This document shows positions 34,124-43,662 of a stretch of DNA of 64,000 bases, piece by piece. Position numbers and translations under genes: made by a program. Position 1 is the stretch's first letter. Every line of letters starts with the position of its first letter. The notes below the pieces were generated by a model, which was not told where the DNA came from, ran no database searches, and saw only the letters and a list, made by a program, of their open reading frames with translations. The stretch is from Occultella glacieicola (lineage in GTDB: Bacteria; Actinomycetota; Actinomycetes; Actinomycetales; Beutenbergiaceae), in assembly GCF_004353825.1 (NCBI RefSeq), contig NZ_SMNA01000003.1, positions 62,001 through 126,000 on the forward strand. Direction: 5' to 3'.

Positions 34124-36846
34124 GGTTCTCCCTGATGCGCCGCCAGGCGGCCAGTTCACCCGGTGCGTCGATCGCGCTCGCGCTGATCGTCCTGGTCGCG
34201 GCCGGCCTGTTCACGGCCTGGCCGCGCCTGCAGCAGACCACGTTCAACGACGAGATCAACTATCAGATCGAGCAGACTCCGGCACCGGTCCGCGCGCTGA
34301 CCGGTGCCTACAGCGGCTGGTTCCTCGACCAGGGTCCGGACTCCTGGTCGCGGCTCGATGCGTCGCTGGCCGACGCCGTGGCCGGGGGCGGCCCCGCGCT
34401 TGCCGCGAGCGCAGGCATGCCGCGCTATTCGGTCACCTCGGACGAGCCGGTCCTGCCGACCCTGCCGAACGGGCTGCCCACGGATCTGGTGGGTGCCGGT
34501 CTGCGGCTGCGGTTGGATCCCGGCATCGCCGAGCATGTCCGGCCGGTCGAGGGAGACCTCCCGGCCCCATCGCCGGTGGACGACCTCCTCGACGCCGTGC
34601 AGACGCAGGAGGGGTGGGAGGCGGTCCTGGCAGACGGCTTCCCGGCCACGGACATCATGCTGTCGGTGGAGAGTGCCCAGCGGATGGGTCTCGCGGTCGG
34701 GGACATCCTCACGCTGCCGCAGGGATTCAGTGGTGGCGCGGAGATCCCGCTGCGGTTGAGCGGGATCTTCGAGCCGGCGGACCCGGCCGACCCCCAGTGG
34801 GAGTTCCAGCTGAACACGGTGCGACCGCTGATCATCGACGATCCCAACACCGGTCTGCACCTGACCGCGACCGGATACGTGAACCCGGACACGGTCGGAT
34901 GGCTGAACGCCACCGGGCTGGCGGTGATGAGCGCGGAGTTCTGGATCCCCATCGAGGCGACCACGACGGACACCCCGGCACTGATCGCGGACCTGCGCTC
35001 CTTCACCGGCACGCCCCAGAATCTCGAGTACTCCAGCCAGGGTCCACCTGTCGAAGTCCGGTTCGCCAGCGGCCTGACCGACGTCCTCGCCGGTGCGACG
35101 GCCCGCTGGCAGGGCACCGCGGCAGTGCTGACCATGGTGGCGGCCGGGCCGGCGGGCGTCACCTTCGCGATCCTCGCGCTCGGGGCCCGGCTCGCCGTGT
35201 CAAGGCGCCGGACCACGCTGGCGCTGGTCAGCGCGCGCGGCGGCTCCGGCGCCCAGGTCCGGGGCATGCTCGCCGTCGAGGGTCTCGTGCTCGGCCTACC
35301 TGCAGCGGCGCTCGGTGCCGCGGTTGCGACGCTCGCGGTGCCCAGTCCGCAGCCGAGCTGGACCGACTACCTGTTGCCCGCCGCAGCCGCTCTCGCGCCG
35401 GCCGTGTTCCTCGCCACGACGCCGGTGCCGAGCCTGCGGGCATCCCGGCCGGATCTGAGCGCCAGGTCCACGAGCCAGTGGCGGTGGGTCGTGGAAGTGG
35501 TGGTGCTTGCCCTGGCGGCCGCGGCGCTCTACCTGATGCTCCAGCGCGGGATCGGGGACGCGACGGCGCAGGCGGACCCGGTCGCCACCGCCACGCCGCT
35601 GCTCCTGGCCCTTGCGGCTTGTGTGATCGCGCTGCGGCTGTACCCGGTCCCGCTCCGGATGGTGCATGCCCTGACCCGGTCCCGGCGGCGGCTCGGCGGC
35701 TTCCTCGGGTCCGCTCGCGCGATCCGGGAGGGGTCCGCGGGAGTAGTGCCGATGCTGGCTCTGATCGTGGGGATCTCGATCGCGGTGTTCTCCACCACGA
35801 TGATCACGACGCTGCGTGCGGGGACGGACAGTGGCGCCCTGGCGGACGCGGGTGCGGACATCCGGATGTCCGGCCCGGTGTACTCCGAGGAGTTGATCGC
35901 GCAGATCGCCGCCACCGAGGGCGTGACGGACGTCGCGGCGGTGACCACGATCCCGAACACGCCGCTCAGCGAGGACGGCACCATCCGCCGACTCGACCTG
36001 TACGCCGTCGACTCCGACGCCCTCGCCCGGGTCCAGGAGGATGTCCCCGGCGCGTTGGACGTCTCCGAACTCGCCACGCCCGACGGCGATACGCTGCCGA
36101 TCGTGGTGTCCACCGGACATGAGGTGGAGACCGACGTACCCCTCGAACTCGTCTTCTCGGACGCGGTCCCGGTGAGCGTCGTGGGGCAGGCGGAGGCCGC
36201 ATCGGGCGTGGCGGAGGGCAGGTCCTGGGCGATCGTGGACCTCGACCTGCTCCGCGAGGCCACCGGGCAGAACCTGTCCCCCAGGCTGCTGCTGGTCGAC
36301 GTCGCCGACGACGCGGACCCAGCGCTCGTCGCCGGGGCCTTGCACGACGTCGTCAGCGGCGAGGGTCAGGTCACCTCGCCGGCGCAGAATGCGGCCGATG
36401 TCTTCGCCTCGCCCAGCGCCGGGTCGATGATCCGTGGCTTCGTGATCGCCCTCGTGGTCTCGGTGCTGCTCTGCATCGTGGCGCTGGTGATGACCCTGGT
36501 GCTCGCGGCACCGGCGCGGGGCCGCTTGATGGCCGTGCTGCGCACCCTCGGGGTCGGCCCCGGTCTGGCTCGGAGCCTGGTCGCCTGGGAGACGGCGCCG
36601 CTGACGGTGGTGGCGATCGTGGTCGGCGCCGCGCTCGGGCTGGCACTGCCCCAGCTCGTGGGCGCCACGGTGGATCTGCGACCCTTCACGGGTGACGACG
36701 CGCAGCCGCCGATCATCTATGACCCTCTGCTCCTGGTCGGGGTGATCGCCGGGGTCGTGGCGATCCTGACCGGTTGCGTCGTACTCGCCAGCGGGATCGC
36801 CCGCCGACTGTCCTTGTCCGTGCTGCGGATCGGAGATGCCCAATGA
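34120..36846 (+). CDS. FtsX/MacB-like ABC permease
   Basis: Starts MRFSLMRR (ATGA overlap); RRRTTLALVSARG, GADIR, LMAVLRTLG. Confidence 0.85.
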   Translation: MRFSLMRRQAASSPGASIALALIVLVAAGLFTAWPRLQQTTFNDEINYQIEQTPAPVRALTGAYSGWFLDQGPDSWSRLDASLADAVAGGGPALAASAGMPRYSVTSDEPVLPTLPNGLPTDLVGAGLRLRLDPGIAEHVRPVEGDLPAPSPVDDLLDAVQTQEGWEAVLADGFPATDIMLSVESAQRMGLAVGDILTLPQGFSGGAEIPLRLSGIFEPADPADPQWEFQLNTVRPLIIDDPNTGLHLTATGYVNPDTVGWLNATGLAVMSAEFWIPIEATTTDTPALIADLRSFTGTPQNLEYSSQGPPVEVRFASGLTDVLAGATARWQGTAAVLTMVAAGPAGVTFAILALGARLAVSRRRTTLALVSARGGSGAQVRGMLAVEGLVLGLPAAALGAAVATLAVPSPQPSWTDYLLPAAAALAPAVFLATTPVPSLRASRPDLSARSTSQWRWVVEVVVLALAAAALYLMLQRGIGDATAQADPVATATPLLLALAACVIALRLYPVPLRMVHALTRSRRRLGGFLGSARAIREGSAGVVPMLALIVGISIAVFSTTMITTLRAGTDSGALADAGADIRMSGPVYSEELIAQIAATEGVTDVAAVTTIPNTPLSEDGTIRRLDLYAVDSDALARVQEDVPGALDVSELATPDGDTLPIVVSTGHEVETDVPLELVFSDAVPVSVVGQAEAASGVAEGRSWAIVDLDLLREATGQNLSPRLLLVDVADDADPALVAGALHDVVSGEGQVTSPAQNAADVFASPSAGSMIRGFVIALVVSVLLCIVALVMTLVLAAPARGRLMAVLRTLGVGPGLARSLVAWETAPLTVVAIVVGAALGLALPQLVGATVDLRPFTGDDAQPPIIYDPLLLVGVIAGVVAILTGCVVLASGIARRLSLSVLRIGDAQ

Positions 36847-37862
36847 CCACCACCGACACGACGACGCCCGCCGCCGAGGCGCCACCGCGCGGCGGGGAGA
36901 TCGTCTGCGAGGACGTGGTGCGGATCTTCTCCGCGGACGGCATCGAGGTACAGGCGCTGCAGGGCCTCAACCTGCACGTCGCGGCCGGCGACCTGGTCGC
37001 GATCGTGGGCGCGTCCGGTTCCGGCAAGTCCACGCTGCTGACCATCCTCTCCGGCCTGGACACCCCCACGGCCGGGAAGGCGAGCGTGGCCGGCACCGAC
37101 CTGCTCACCATGCGCGGGCGGGCCCGGGTGAACTACCAGCGGCACACGGTCGGGTTCGTCTGGCAGCAGACCTCACGGAACCTGCTGCCCTACCTCACCG
37201 CCCTGGAGAACGTGTGCCTGCCGATGTCCCTGGCCGGCACGGCGTCGGTCCCCCACGCCGAGCACCTGCTCCGCCTGCTCGGGGTGGAGCACTGCCGCGA
37301 CCGCAAGCCGACCGAGATGTCCGGCGGTGAGCAGCAGCGGGTCGCGATCGCGGTCGCCGTGGCGAACTCCCCGAAGGTGCTGCTCGCGGACGAGCCCACC
37401 GGCGAACTCGACGAGGCCACGAGCGTGGAGGTCCTCGAGACGATGCGGGCGGTGAACGCCGAACTGGGCGTGACCGTCCTGATCGTGACGCACGACCCGA
37501 CGGTCTCCGAGCACGTCCGGCGCACCGTGCAGATCCGCGACGGGCGCACCTCCACCGAGGTGCTGCGCCGCCGGGAGACCGACGAGCATGGCCAGGAACA
37601 GCACATCGCCGAGGAGTTCGCGGTGCTGGACAAGGTGGGCCGGATGCAGCTGCCGCACGACTTCGTCGACGCCCTCGAACTGAAGCAGCGGGTGCGGCTC
37701 GCCCTCGAGCCGGACCACGTGGGCGTCTGGCGGGACACCACGGACGACCCGAAGCCGACCGACCAGGGTGAGGCTGCGCCGTCGGGCGCCTCGAACGACG
37801 GGAGCGACGACGCGAACCGCGCCGAGCCGAGCGAGCGACCCGAGCCGGAGGGGACCCGATGA
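36843..37862 (+). CDS. LolD/MacB-type ABC ATPase with C-terminal AbrB-like extension
   Basis: GASGSGKST, MSGGEQQR, LADEPTG; tail VLDKVGRMQLP. Confidence 0.92.
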   Translation: MTTTDTTTPAAEAPPRGGEIVCEDVVRIFSADGIEVQALQGLNLHVAAGDLVAIVGASGSGKSTLLTILSGLDTPTAGKASVAGTDLLTMRGRARVNYQRHTVGFVWQQTSRNLLPYLTALENVCLPMSLAGTASVPHAEHLLRLLGVEHCRDRKPTEMSGGEQQRVAIAVAVANSPKVLLADEPTGELDEATSVEVLETMRAVNAELGVTVLIVTHDPTVSEHVRRTVQIRDGRTSTEVLRRRETDEHGQEQHIAEEFAVLDKVGRMQLPHDFVDALELKQRVRLALEPDHVGVWRDTTDDPKPTDQGEAAPSGASNDGSDDANRAEPSERPEPEGTR

Positions 37863-38575
37863 CCACGGCGACCACCGCCCTGACGGCGACCGGGATCAGC
37901 CGCGTCTACCCGAGCCCGTCCGGTGACGTGCAGGCCCTCGAGGACGTCAGCCTCGATCTGCACACCGGCGAACTGCTGGTGGTCCGCGGACCCTCGGGCT
38001 CGGGCAAGACCACGCTGCTGAACATCCTCGGCGGCCTGGACGCCCCGACCGCCGGCACCGTGCACCTGGGGACGCGGGAACTGACCGCGATGGCGGAGGC
38101 GCACGCCCTCGACGTACGTCGCCGGGAGCTGTCCTACATCTTCCAGTCCTTCGGGCTGATCCCGGTGCTGTCCGCCGCCGAGAACGTCGAGGTGCCATTG
38201 CGACTGCTCGAGACCGAGCCGAAGGAGCGCGATGAGCGAGTCGCCGCCGCGCTCGAACTCGTGGGGCTCGGGGCGCACGCTAACCAGCGCCCGTACGAGC
38301 TCTCCGGCGGGCAGCAGCAACGCGTCGGGATCGCCCGCGCGCTGGTGACCGAGCCGCAGATCCTGATCGCGGACGAGCCGACCGGCCAGCTCGACTCCGG
38401 CACCGCGGCGACCATCATGGAACTGCTCTCCGACCTCACCCATGCCCGCGGGTTAGCGGCCGTGGTCTCCACCCATGACCCGCTGCTGATGGCCCGTGCG
38501 GACCGGGTGGTCGAGCTGCACGACGGCCAACTGCGACGGCGCGGGCGGCACACCTCGGATGCCGTGACGGAATGA
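37859..38575 (+). CDS. LolD/MacB-type ABC ATPase
   Basis: GPSGSGKTT, LSGGQQQR, IADEPTG, STHD. Confidence 0.94.
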   Translation: MTTATTALTATGISRVYPSPSGDVQALEDVSLDLHTGELLVVRGPSGSGKTTLLNILGGLDAPTAGTVHLGTRELTAMAEAHALDVRRRELSYIFQSFGLIPVLSAAENVEVPLRLLETEPKERDERVAAALELVGLGAHANQRPYELSGGQQQRVGIARALVTEPQILIADEPTGQLDSGTAATIMELLSDLTHARGLAAVVSTHDPLLMARADRVVELHDGQLRRRGRHTSDAVTE

Positions 38576-38638
38576 GCCGATCGGTGGCAGGATGAGCCAC
38601 CGTGGTGCGCCCGGCGCGCGCCCGGCTGAGGAGATGCC

Positions 38639-40093
38639 ATGCATGGATCGCGACGACGTGCCCGGGTCGAGCTGCTCGTACTGGGGGCTCTCGCGGCCGC
38701 GGTCGGGGCGACCGCCACGGCGGATCCGGCGATCGCCGACGGGCCGACCACTTTCACGTCCTCGGACGGACCGATCCTGGTCCCGGCGGCGCAGCTTGAG
38801 CTCGACTATCAGCCGGCGGCCCCCTTCCCGTCCGTGATCACCGTGAGCGGCCTGGATGGGCCGGTCGTCGACGTGAGTGTGACGCTGCAGGGCATCAGCC
38901 ATGAGTTCTTCGGCGATGCGGATGTGCTGCTCGAGAGCCCGTCGGGCGACAACCTCGTGGTGCTCTCCGACACCCTCGGGTACGCGAACGACCTGACGTT
39001 CACGCTGACGGACGCTGCCACCGAACCGGTCCCCGACATCCTCGACCCTGCCGGCTCCTACCTGCCCACTGACGTGGACGTCATCCCGCCCGTCGAGGAC
39101 ATCTTCTCCCCGGGCCCGGACCCGTCGGAGCACACGACGTTCGCGGACGCGTTCGCCGGCACAGACCCGAACGGGTCGTGGAGCCTGTACGTGATCGACG
39201 ACACCGGGTTCGACTCCGGCTCCCTCGCGGGCTGGTCCCTCACCATCACCACGGCGAGCGTCGACGCCGGCGGGCCGTACGCGATCGACGAGGGCAGCCC
39301 GCTGACCCTCGCGGCGACCACGGACCTGCCTGGCGCGACGCTGACCTGGGATCTGGACGGCGACGGCGGCTTCGACGACGCCACTGGCGCTACGCCGACC
39401 CTGGACGCGGCCGCCCTGGAGGGGCTCGGGCTCGCGGACGGCCCGGCGACCGCGACGTTCGCGGTATCCGCCACCGATGGCGTCCTGACCGTCACCGACA
39501 CGGCGGACGTCACCGTCATCAACGTCGCACCGACAGTCACGGTCTCCGCGCCGGCGACGGTGGGCCTGAACGAGCCGTTCCTCGTCACGGTCACCATCGA
39601 CGACCCCTCCGTCGCCGACCGGGATGCGGGATTCGGCGCCCTCGTGGGTGTGTACGCCGACCTGCAGGCCACCTGCTCACCACCCGTCGACCCCGCCGAC
39701 CGGCCCGCCGACGTCACCAACCCGCTCGAGTTCGACGCGACTGCCGGCACCGCGGAGCTGGAGTTCACGCTCACCTCCGGTGACCCGTATGCGGCTTGGG
39801 TCGAGGTGACCGACTCCGACGGTGCCACGAGCGCGGCCTGCACCACCTGGCTCGTGCTCGAGGATCCCGGACCCACCGCCGAGCCGGCCACGCCACCGGC
39901 GACGAACGAGGCGGCGGCGACGAATGGGGGGCCAAGCGCCACTCCTCAGGCTCGGTCAGGCGGCGACGACGACCTCGCGGCTACCGGCTCCCCCGCAGCC
40001 CTTCTCGGTGCGGTCGCACTCGGGCTCGTGGCCGCGGGCCTCGCACTACGCCGCCGGGCGAAGACCTCGCACCGCCACGATCCGGCCGCCTGA
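38639..40093 (+). CDS. Secreted sortase-anchored protein with proprotein-convertase P-like and PKD/Ig-like domains
   Basis: Signal peptide; DVSVTL..H..D..VLLESPSG and GTDPNGSWSLYVIDD..DSGSLAGWSL; AGGPYAIDEG, WDLDGDGGFDDATG; LAATG plus TM helix and RRRAK tail. Confidence 0.8.
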   Translation: MHGSRRRARVELLVLGALAAAVGATATADPAIADGPTTFTSSDGPILVPAAQLELDYQPAAPFPSVITVSGLDGPVVDVSVTLQGISHEFFGDADVLLESPSGDNLVVLSDTLGYANDLTFTLTDAATEPVPDILDPAGSYLPTDVDVIPPVEDIFSPGPDPSEHTTFADAFAGTDPNGSWSLYVIDDTGFDSGSLAGWSLTITTASVDAGGPYAIDEGSPLTLAATTDLPGATLTWDLDGDGGFDDATGATPTLDAAALEGLGLADGPATATFAVSATDGVLTVTDTADVTVINVAPTVTVSAPATVGLNEPFLVTVTIDDPSVADRDAGFGALVGVYADLQATCSPPVDPADRPADVTNPLEFDATAGTAELEFTLTSGDPYAAWVEVTDSDGATSAACTTWLVLEDPGPTAEPATPPATNEAAATNGGPSATPQARSGGDDDLAATGSPAALLGAVALGLVAAGLALRRRAKTSHRHDPAA

Positions 40094-40128
40094 CCGCCAG
40101 GGCGGCGACCCTGGCGTACCGTGATCGG

Positions 40129-40521
40129 GTGCCCACCACCCTCACCATCTCCGCGGTGTGCTTCACGTCCGACGACCACCTGCTGACCGTCCGCAAGCGC
40201 GGCACCTCCCGCTTCATGCTGCCGGGCGGCAAGCTCGACCGCGGGGAGTCGCCTGCGCAGGCCGCGGTCCGCGAGGTCGCCGAGGAGTTGGGCATCGAAC
40301 TCGACGAGGCGGACCTGGTGCCGCTCGGGACGTTCCGCGAGGAGGCCGCGAACGAGCCGGACACGCACGTGGATGCGACGATCTTCACCGCCGCGCTGAC
40401 CGGCGACCCCGACGCGACCGGTGAGATCGCCGAACTCCGCTGGACCCCGATCGCCGCGGCACCCGCGGACCTGGCCCCACTGCTGGCCAGGCACGTGTTG
40501 CCGGCGCTACGCGCTCGCTGA
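40129..40521 (+). CDS. NUDIX hydrolase
   Basis: PGGKLDRGESPAQAAVREVAEELG Nudix box; TACCGT 6 nt before the GTG. Confidence 0.92.
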   Translation: MPTTLTISAVCFTSDDHLLTVRKRGTSRFMLPGGKLDRGESPAQAAVREVAEELGIELDEADLVPLGTFREEAANEPDTHVDATIFTAALTGDPDATGEIAELRWTPIAAAPADLAPLLARHVLPALRAR

Positions 40522-40947
40522 CCGGCGCAGCAGCGCCCGGAACTCGGCGTCGTGGGCGTCCACCGGCTCATCGCCGTCGGTCGTGACGAAGAACGCCAGG
40601 TAGTCGCTCGACGGCTCGGCGTCGGCGAGCAGTTCGCGCCAGGACCACAGGTTCGGGTGATCCACATGCGTGGCCGCCTCCGCCGGGGCGAGCAGCACGG
40701 CGGCGGCAGCAAGTTGCTCGCGGGTCAGCGGGTAGGTGCCGGTTCGGTCGATGTATCCGCACACCGAGGCCAGCACGACCGCCGGTAGACGATGGGAGCT
40801 TCCGACGGCGTTGACGGCACCGAACGTGAGCTCGCCGGAGTCCACGCGCGCGATCCCGTAGGCCGCGGGAGCCACGTACCCCGGGATGGTGGCGGCCAGA
40901 TCGCGGCGGGCCGCGGCCAGTTCGGAGTCGGTGCGCCACGCCTGCAT
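40507..40947 (-). CDS. Hypothetical protein, possibly DapD N-terminal-domain-like
   Basis: MQAWRTD..GYVAPAAYGIARVD..HPNLWSWR; normal protein composition. Confidence 0.7.
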   Translation of the reverse strand: MQAWRTDSELAAARRDLAATIPGYVAPAAYGIARVDSGELTFGAVNAVGSSHRLPAVVLASVCGYIDRTGTYPLTREQLAAAAVLLAPAEAATHVDHPNLWSWRELLADAEPSSDYLAFFVTTDGDEPVDAHDAEFRALLRRSASA

Positions 40948-41058
40948 GGGAGATCCCCGTTTCATGCCGAGCCGGATGGGAGGTGACGATTATGTCCGGT
41001 GGGACCGACACCGGTCACCCCCGGTTCCAGGGACCGGGACCGGGAGCCCTGACGTCGA

Positions 41059-41886
41059 TCAGGCCGGAACGGTCACGTCCACAACCACGGGGAAGTGGTC
41101 ACTCGGGATTACCGCGGTGGTGGGCCGGACCGTCTCGTAGGCGTGCACGGTGACGCCGCCCCGGACGAAGACGTGGTCGATCCGGGCGTTCGCCTCCTCG
41201 AGCGCCGCACCGGGGGTCCAGTCGTGGAACGTGCCCGCCGGGCCCGTGGGCAGGGCGCGCGACGTGCTGCGGGCCTCCTGCCACCCAGCCTGCCGGGTGT
41301 CCGTCAGAGTCGTGGAGCGGGGACCGGCGTTGAAGTCCCCGAGCAGGACGTGGGCGGGCCCGGCGCCTCGCGCTGCCACGGCCCGCGTCCGCCGGTGCAC
41401 GACGGCGAGCTGGCGTCTACGCAGGGACTCGTCCAGGTGGTCGAGGTGGACGTTCCAGACGTGCAGGCCCCGGCCGGGCACCTCGTCGCCCGGCAGTCGC
41501 ACGTGCGCCCAGGTGCAGATCCTGGGCAGCGCCCCCGCGTTGAAGCCGCTCGGGGACTCCGGGGTCGCGGAGAGCCAGAACGTACCGCCGTCCAGGACGG
41601 TCAGATCCGAGCGGACCAGCAGGGGCACCGCCTCACCGGCCCGAGCGCCGTCGTCACGACCGACGCCCAGCACCGTGTAGTCGGGTAGGTCCGCGGCCAG
41701 GTCGTCACGCTGTCCGGCGAGCACCTCCTGCAGGGCGACGACGCCCGCGCCCGAGGCCGTGATCTGGTCGGCGACGGCGGCGCGGCGCCCGGCCCACGCC
41801 GCCCGCGGATCGTCCACGTCGTCGAACTTGACGTTGAAGGTCATGACCCGCAGGGGCGCCGCCGCGGGCAGGGACTCGTCGGGCAT
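41059..41886 (-). CDS. Endonuclease/exonuclease/phosphatase-family protein
   Basis: RVMTFN, ALQE, NVHLDH, LGDFN, RIDHVF, SDHFPV. Confidence 0.93.
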   Translation of the reverse strand: MPDESLPAAAPLRVMTFNVKFDDVDDPRAAWAGRRAAVADQITASGAGVVALQEVLAGQRDDLAADLPDYTVLGVGRDDGARAGEAVPLLVRSDLTVLDGGTFWLSATPESPSGFNAGALPRICTWAHVRLPGDEVPGRGLHVWNVHLDHLDESLRRRQLAVVHRRTRAVAARGAGPAHVLLGDFNAGPRSTTLTDTRQAGWQEARSTSRALPTGPAGTFHDWTPGAALEEANARIDHVFVRGGVTVHAYETVRPTTAVIPSDHFPVVVDVTVPA

Positions 41887-41948
41887 ACGCACGAGCGTAG
41901 GTGAGTGGTCCACCACCGACTGTCAGGGGCTCGCGCCACAATGGGGTG

Positions 41949-43526
41949 ATGCGACTCGCTGAGCTGGTGTCCACGTCGGCCGCGGTGGCCTCGACCCGGT
42001 CCCGGAAGGCGAAGGTGGCCGCCCTCGCCGGGACGTTGGCGCGCGCCGAGCCGGAGGAGCTCGAGACGGTGACCGCGTACCTGTCCGGGACCCTGCGGCA
42101 ACGGCGCGTCGGCGTGGGGTGGCGGTCGCTGGCGGACCTGCCGGAGCCCGCCGGGTCGCCGTCCCTGGGTGTCACCGAGGTGCACGAACGTCTCGATGAG
42201 ATCTCGCGGTTCACCGGGGCCGGCTCCCAGTCGGCTCGAGCCGCCGCCGTCGCCGGCCTGTTCGAACGGGCGACGGCGGAGGAGCAGTCATGGCTACGGG
42301 GCGCCATCACCGGTGAGGTGCGGCAGGGCGCCTCCGATGCGCTCGTGCAGGACGCGGTCGCGGCCGCGGCGGGCGTTCCGGTGGCGCAGGTACGCCGGGC
42401 CGCCATGTTCGCGGGCGCCACCCTGCCGGTCGCCGTCGCGGCCCTGAGCGGCGGTTCCGCGGCTCTCGAGGAGTTCCGTCTCGAGGTGGGCCGCCCGGTT
42501 CTGCCGATGCTCGCCTCCAGTGCCCCCGACCTGTCCGGGGCGTGGGAGAAACTCGGCGGGCAGGCTCCGCTCGCGGTGGACCACAAGCTCGACGGGATCC
42601 GGATCCAGGCTCACAAGGACGGCGAACGGGTGCTGCTCGTGACCCGCTCCCTGGAGGACATCACCGACCGGCTGCCCGGTGTGGCCGCCGTGGTGCGGGC
42701 GCTGCCGGCCGACCGGGTCGTGCTCGACGGCGAGGCCCTCGCCCTCGGACCGGACGGACGGCCCAGGCCGTTCCAGGAGACCGCGTCGATCACCTCCACC
42801 GGGATCCCTGTGGACGCGGGCCCCACCATCGCCGCCGGTGCCGACACCGGCCCGGAAGCCGGCGCCGTACCGGTCGCCGTGATCACGCCCTACTTCTTCG
42901 ACCTCCTCCTGCGCGATGACCTCGATCTCCTCGACGCACCGGCGGCGCAGCGTTGGCGCCACCTCGAGGACCTCGTGCCGGCAGCCCACCGGGTGCCCCG
43001 ACTGGTGACCGCCGACGCCGTCGCCGCGGCCGGGTTCCTCGCCGAAGCCCTCGCAGCGGGCCAGGAGGGCGTCGTCGTCAAGTCCACCGACGCCCCGTAC
43101 GCCGCGGGCCGGCGCGGATCGGCCTGGGTGAAGGTCAAGCCGGTGCACACGCTGGACCTGGTGGTCCTCGCCGTCGAACGCGGCAACGGACGACGGCGTG
43201 GCTGGCTCTCGAACATCCACCTCGGTGCGCGGGATCCGAGCACCGGCGGCTTCGTGATGCTCGGCAAGACGTTCAAGGGGATGACCGACGAGATGCTCGC
43301 CTGGCAGACCGCCCGGTTCGAGGAACTGGCCACCTCCCGGGACGACTGGGTGGTGCACGTGCGGCCCGAGCAGGTCGTCGAGATCGCCTTCGACGGGATC
43401 CAACGGTCCACCCGCTACCCCGGTGGCGTCGCGCTCCGGTTCGCCCGGGTGGTGCGCTACCGCGACGACAAGAGTGCCGCCGAGGCCGACACGATCGAGG
43501 ACGTGAGGGCCATGTACCAGGGTTGA
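41949..43526 (+). CDS. ligB: ATP-dependent DNA ligase (LigB-type)
   Basis: PMLA, KLDGIRIQ (KxDG), LDGE, EGVVVK, WVKVK, LRFAR; CACAAT 6 nt before the ATG. Confidence 0.93.
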   Translation: MRLAELVSTSAAVASTRSRKAKVAALAGTLARAEPEELETVTAYLSGTLRQRRVGVGWRSLADLPEPAGSPSLGVTEVHERLDEISRFTGAGSQSARAAAVAGLFERATAEEQSWLRGAITGEVRQGASDALVQDAVAAAAGVPVAQVRRAAMFAGATLPVAVAALSGGSAALEEFRLEVGRPVLPMLASSAPDLSGAWEKLGGQAPLAVDHKLDGIRIQAHKDGERVLLVTRSLEDITDRLPGVAAVVRALPADRVVLDGEALALGPDGRPRPFQETASITSTGIPVDAGPTIAAGADTGPEAGAVPVAVITPYFFDLLLRDDLDLLDAPAAQRWRHLEDLVPAAHRVPRLVTADAVAAAGFLAEALAAGQEGVVVKSTDAPYAAGRRGSAWVKVKPVHTLDLVVLAVERGNGRRRGWLSNIHLGARDPSTGGFVMLGKTFKGMTDEMLAWQTARFEELATSRDDWVVHVRPEQVVEIAFDGIQRSTRYPGGVALRFARVVRYRDDKSAAEADTIEDVRAMYQG

Positions 43527-43563
43527 GTCCAGGGCAACAGTCGGGCGAACTGGCGGACGTCGC

Positions 43564-43643
43564 GGGAGCATCGAGCCTACGTATGTCGCGGACTGGGGAA
43601 GCACCGAGCCCAGGTACGTCGCGGACCGGAACCGTCCGCGACG
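43564..43643. repeat. Two degenerate 33-bp tandem repeats ending in a 10-bp hairpin
   Basis: GGGAGCATCGAGCCTACGTATGTCGCGGACTGG / GGAAGCACCGAGCCCAGGTACGTCGCGGACCGG (27/33); stem CGTCGCGGAC-N7-GTCCGCGACG at 43617-43643. Confidence 0.7.
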
Positions 43644-43662
43644 CTCGAGTAGCGTCCTGCCC

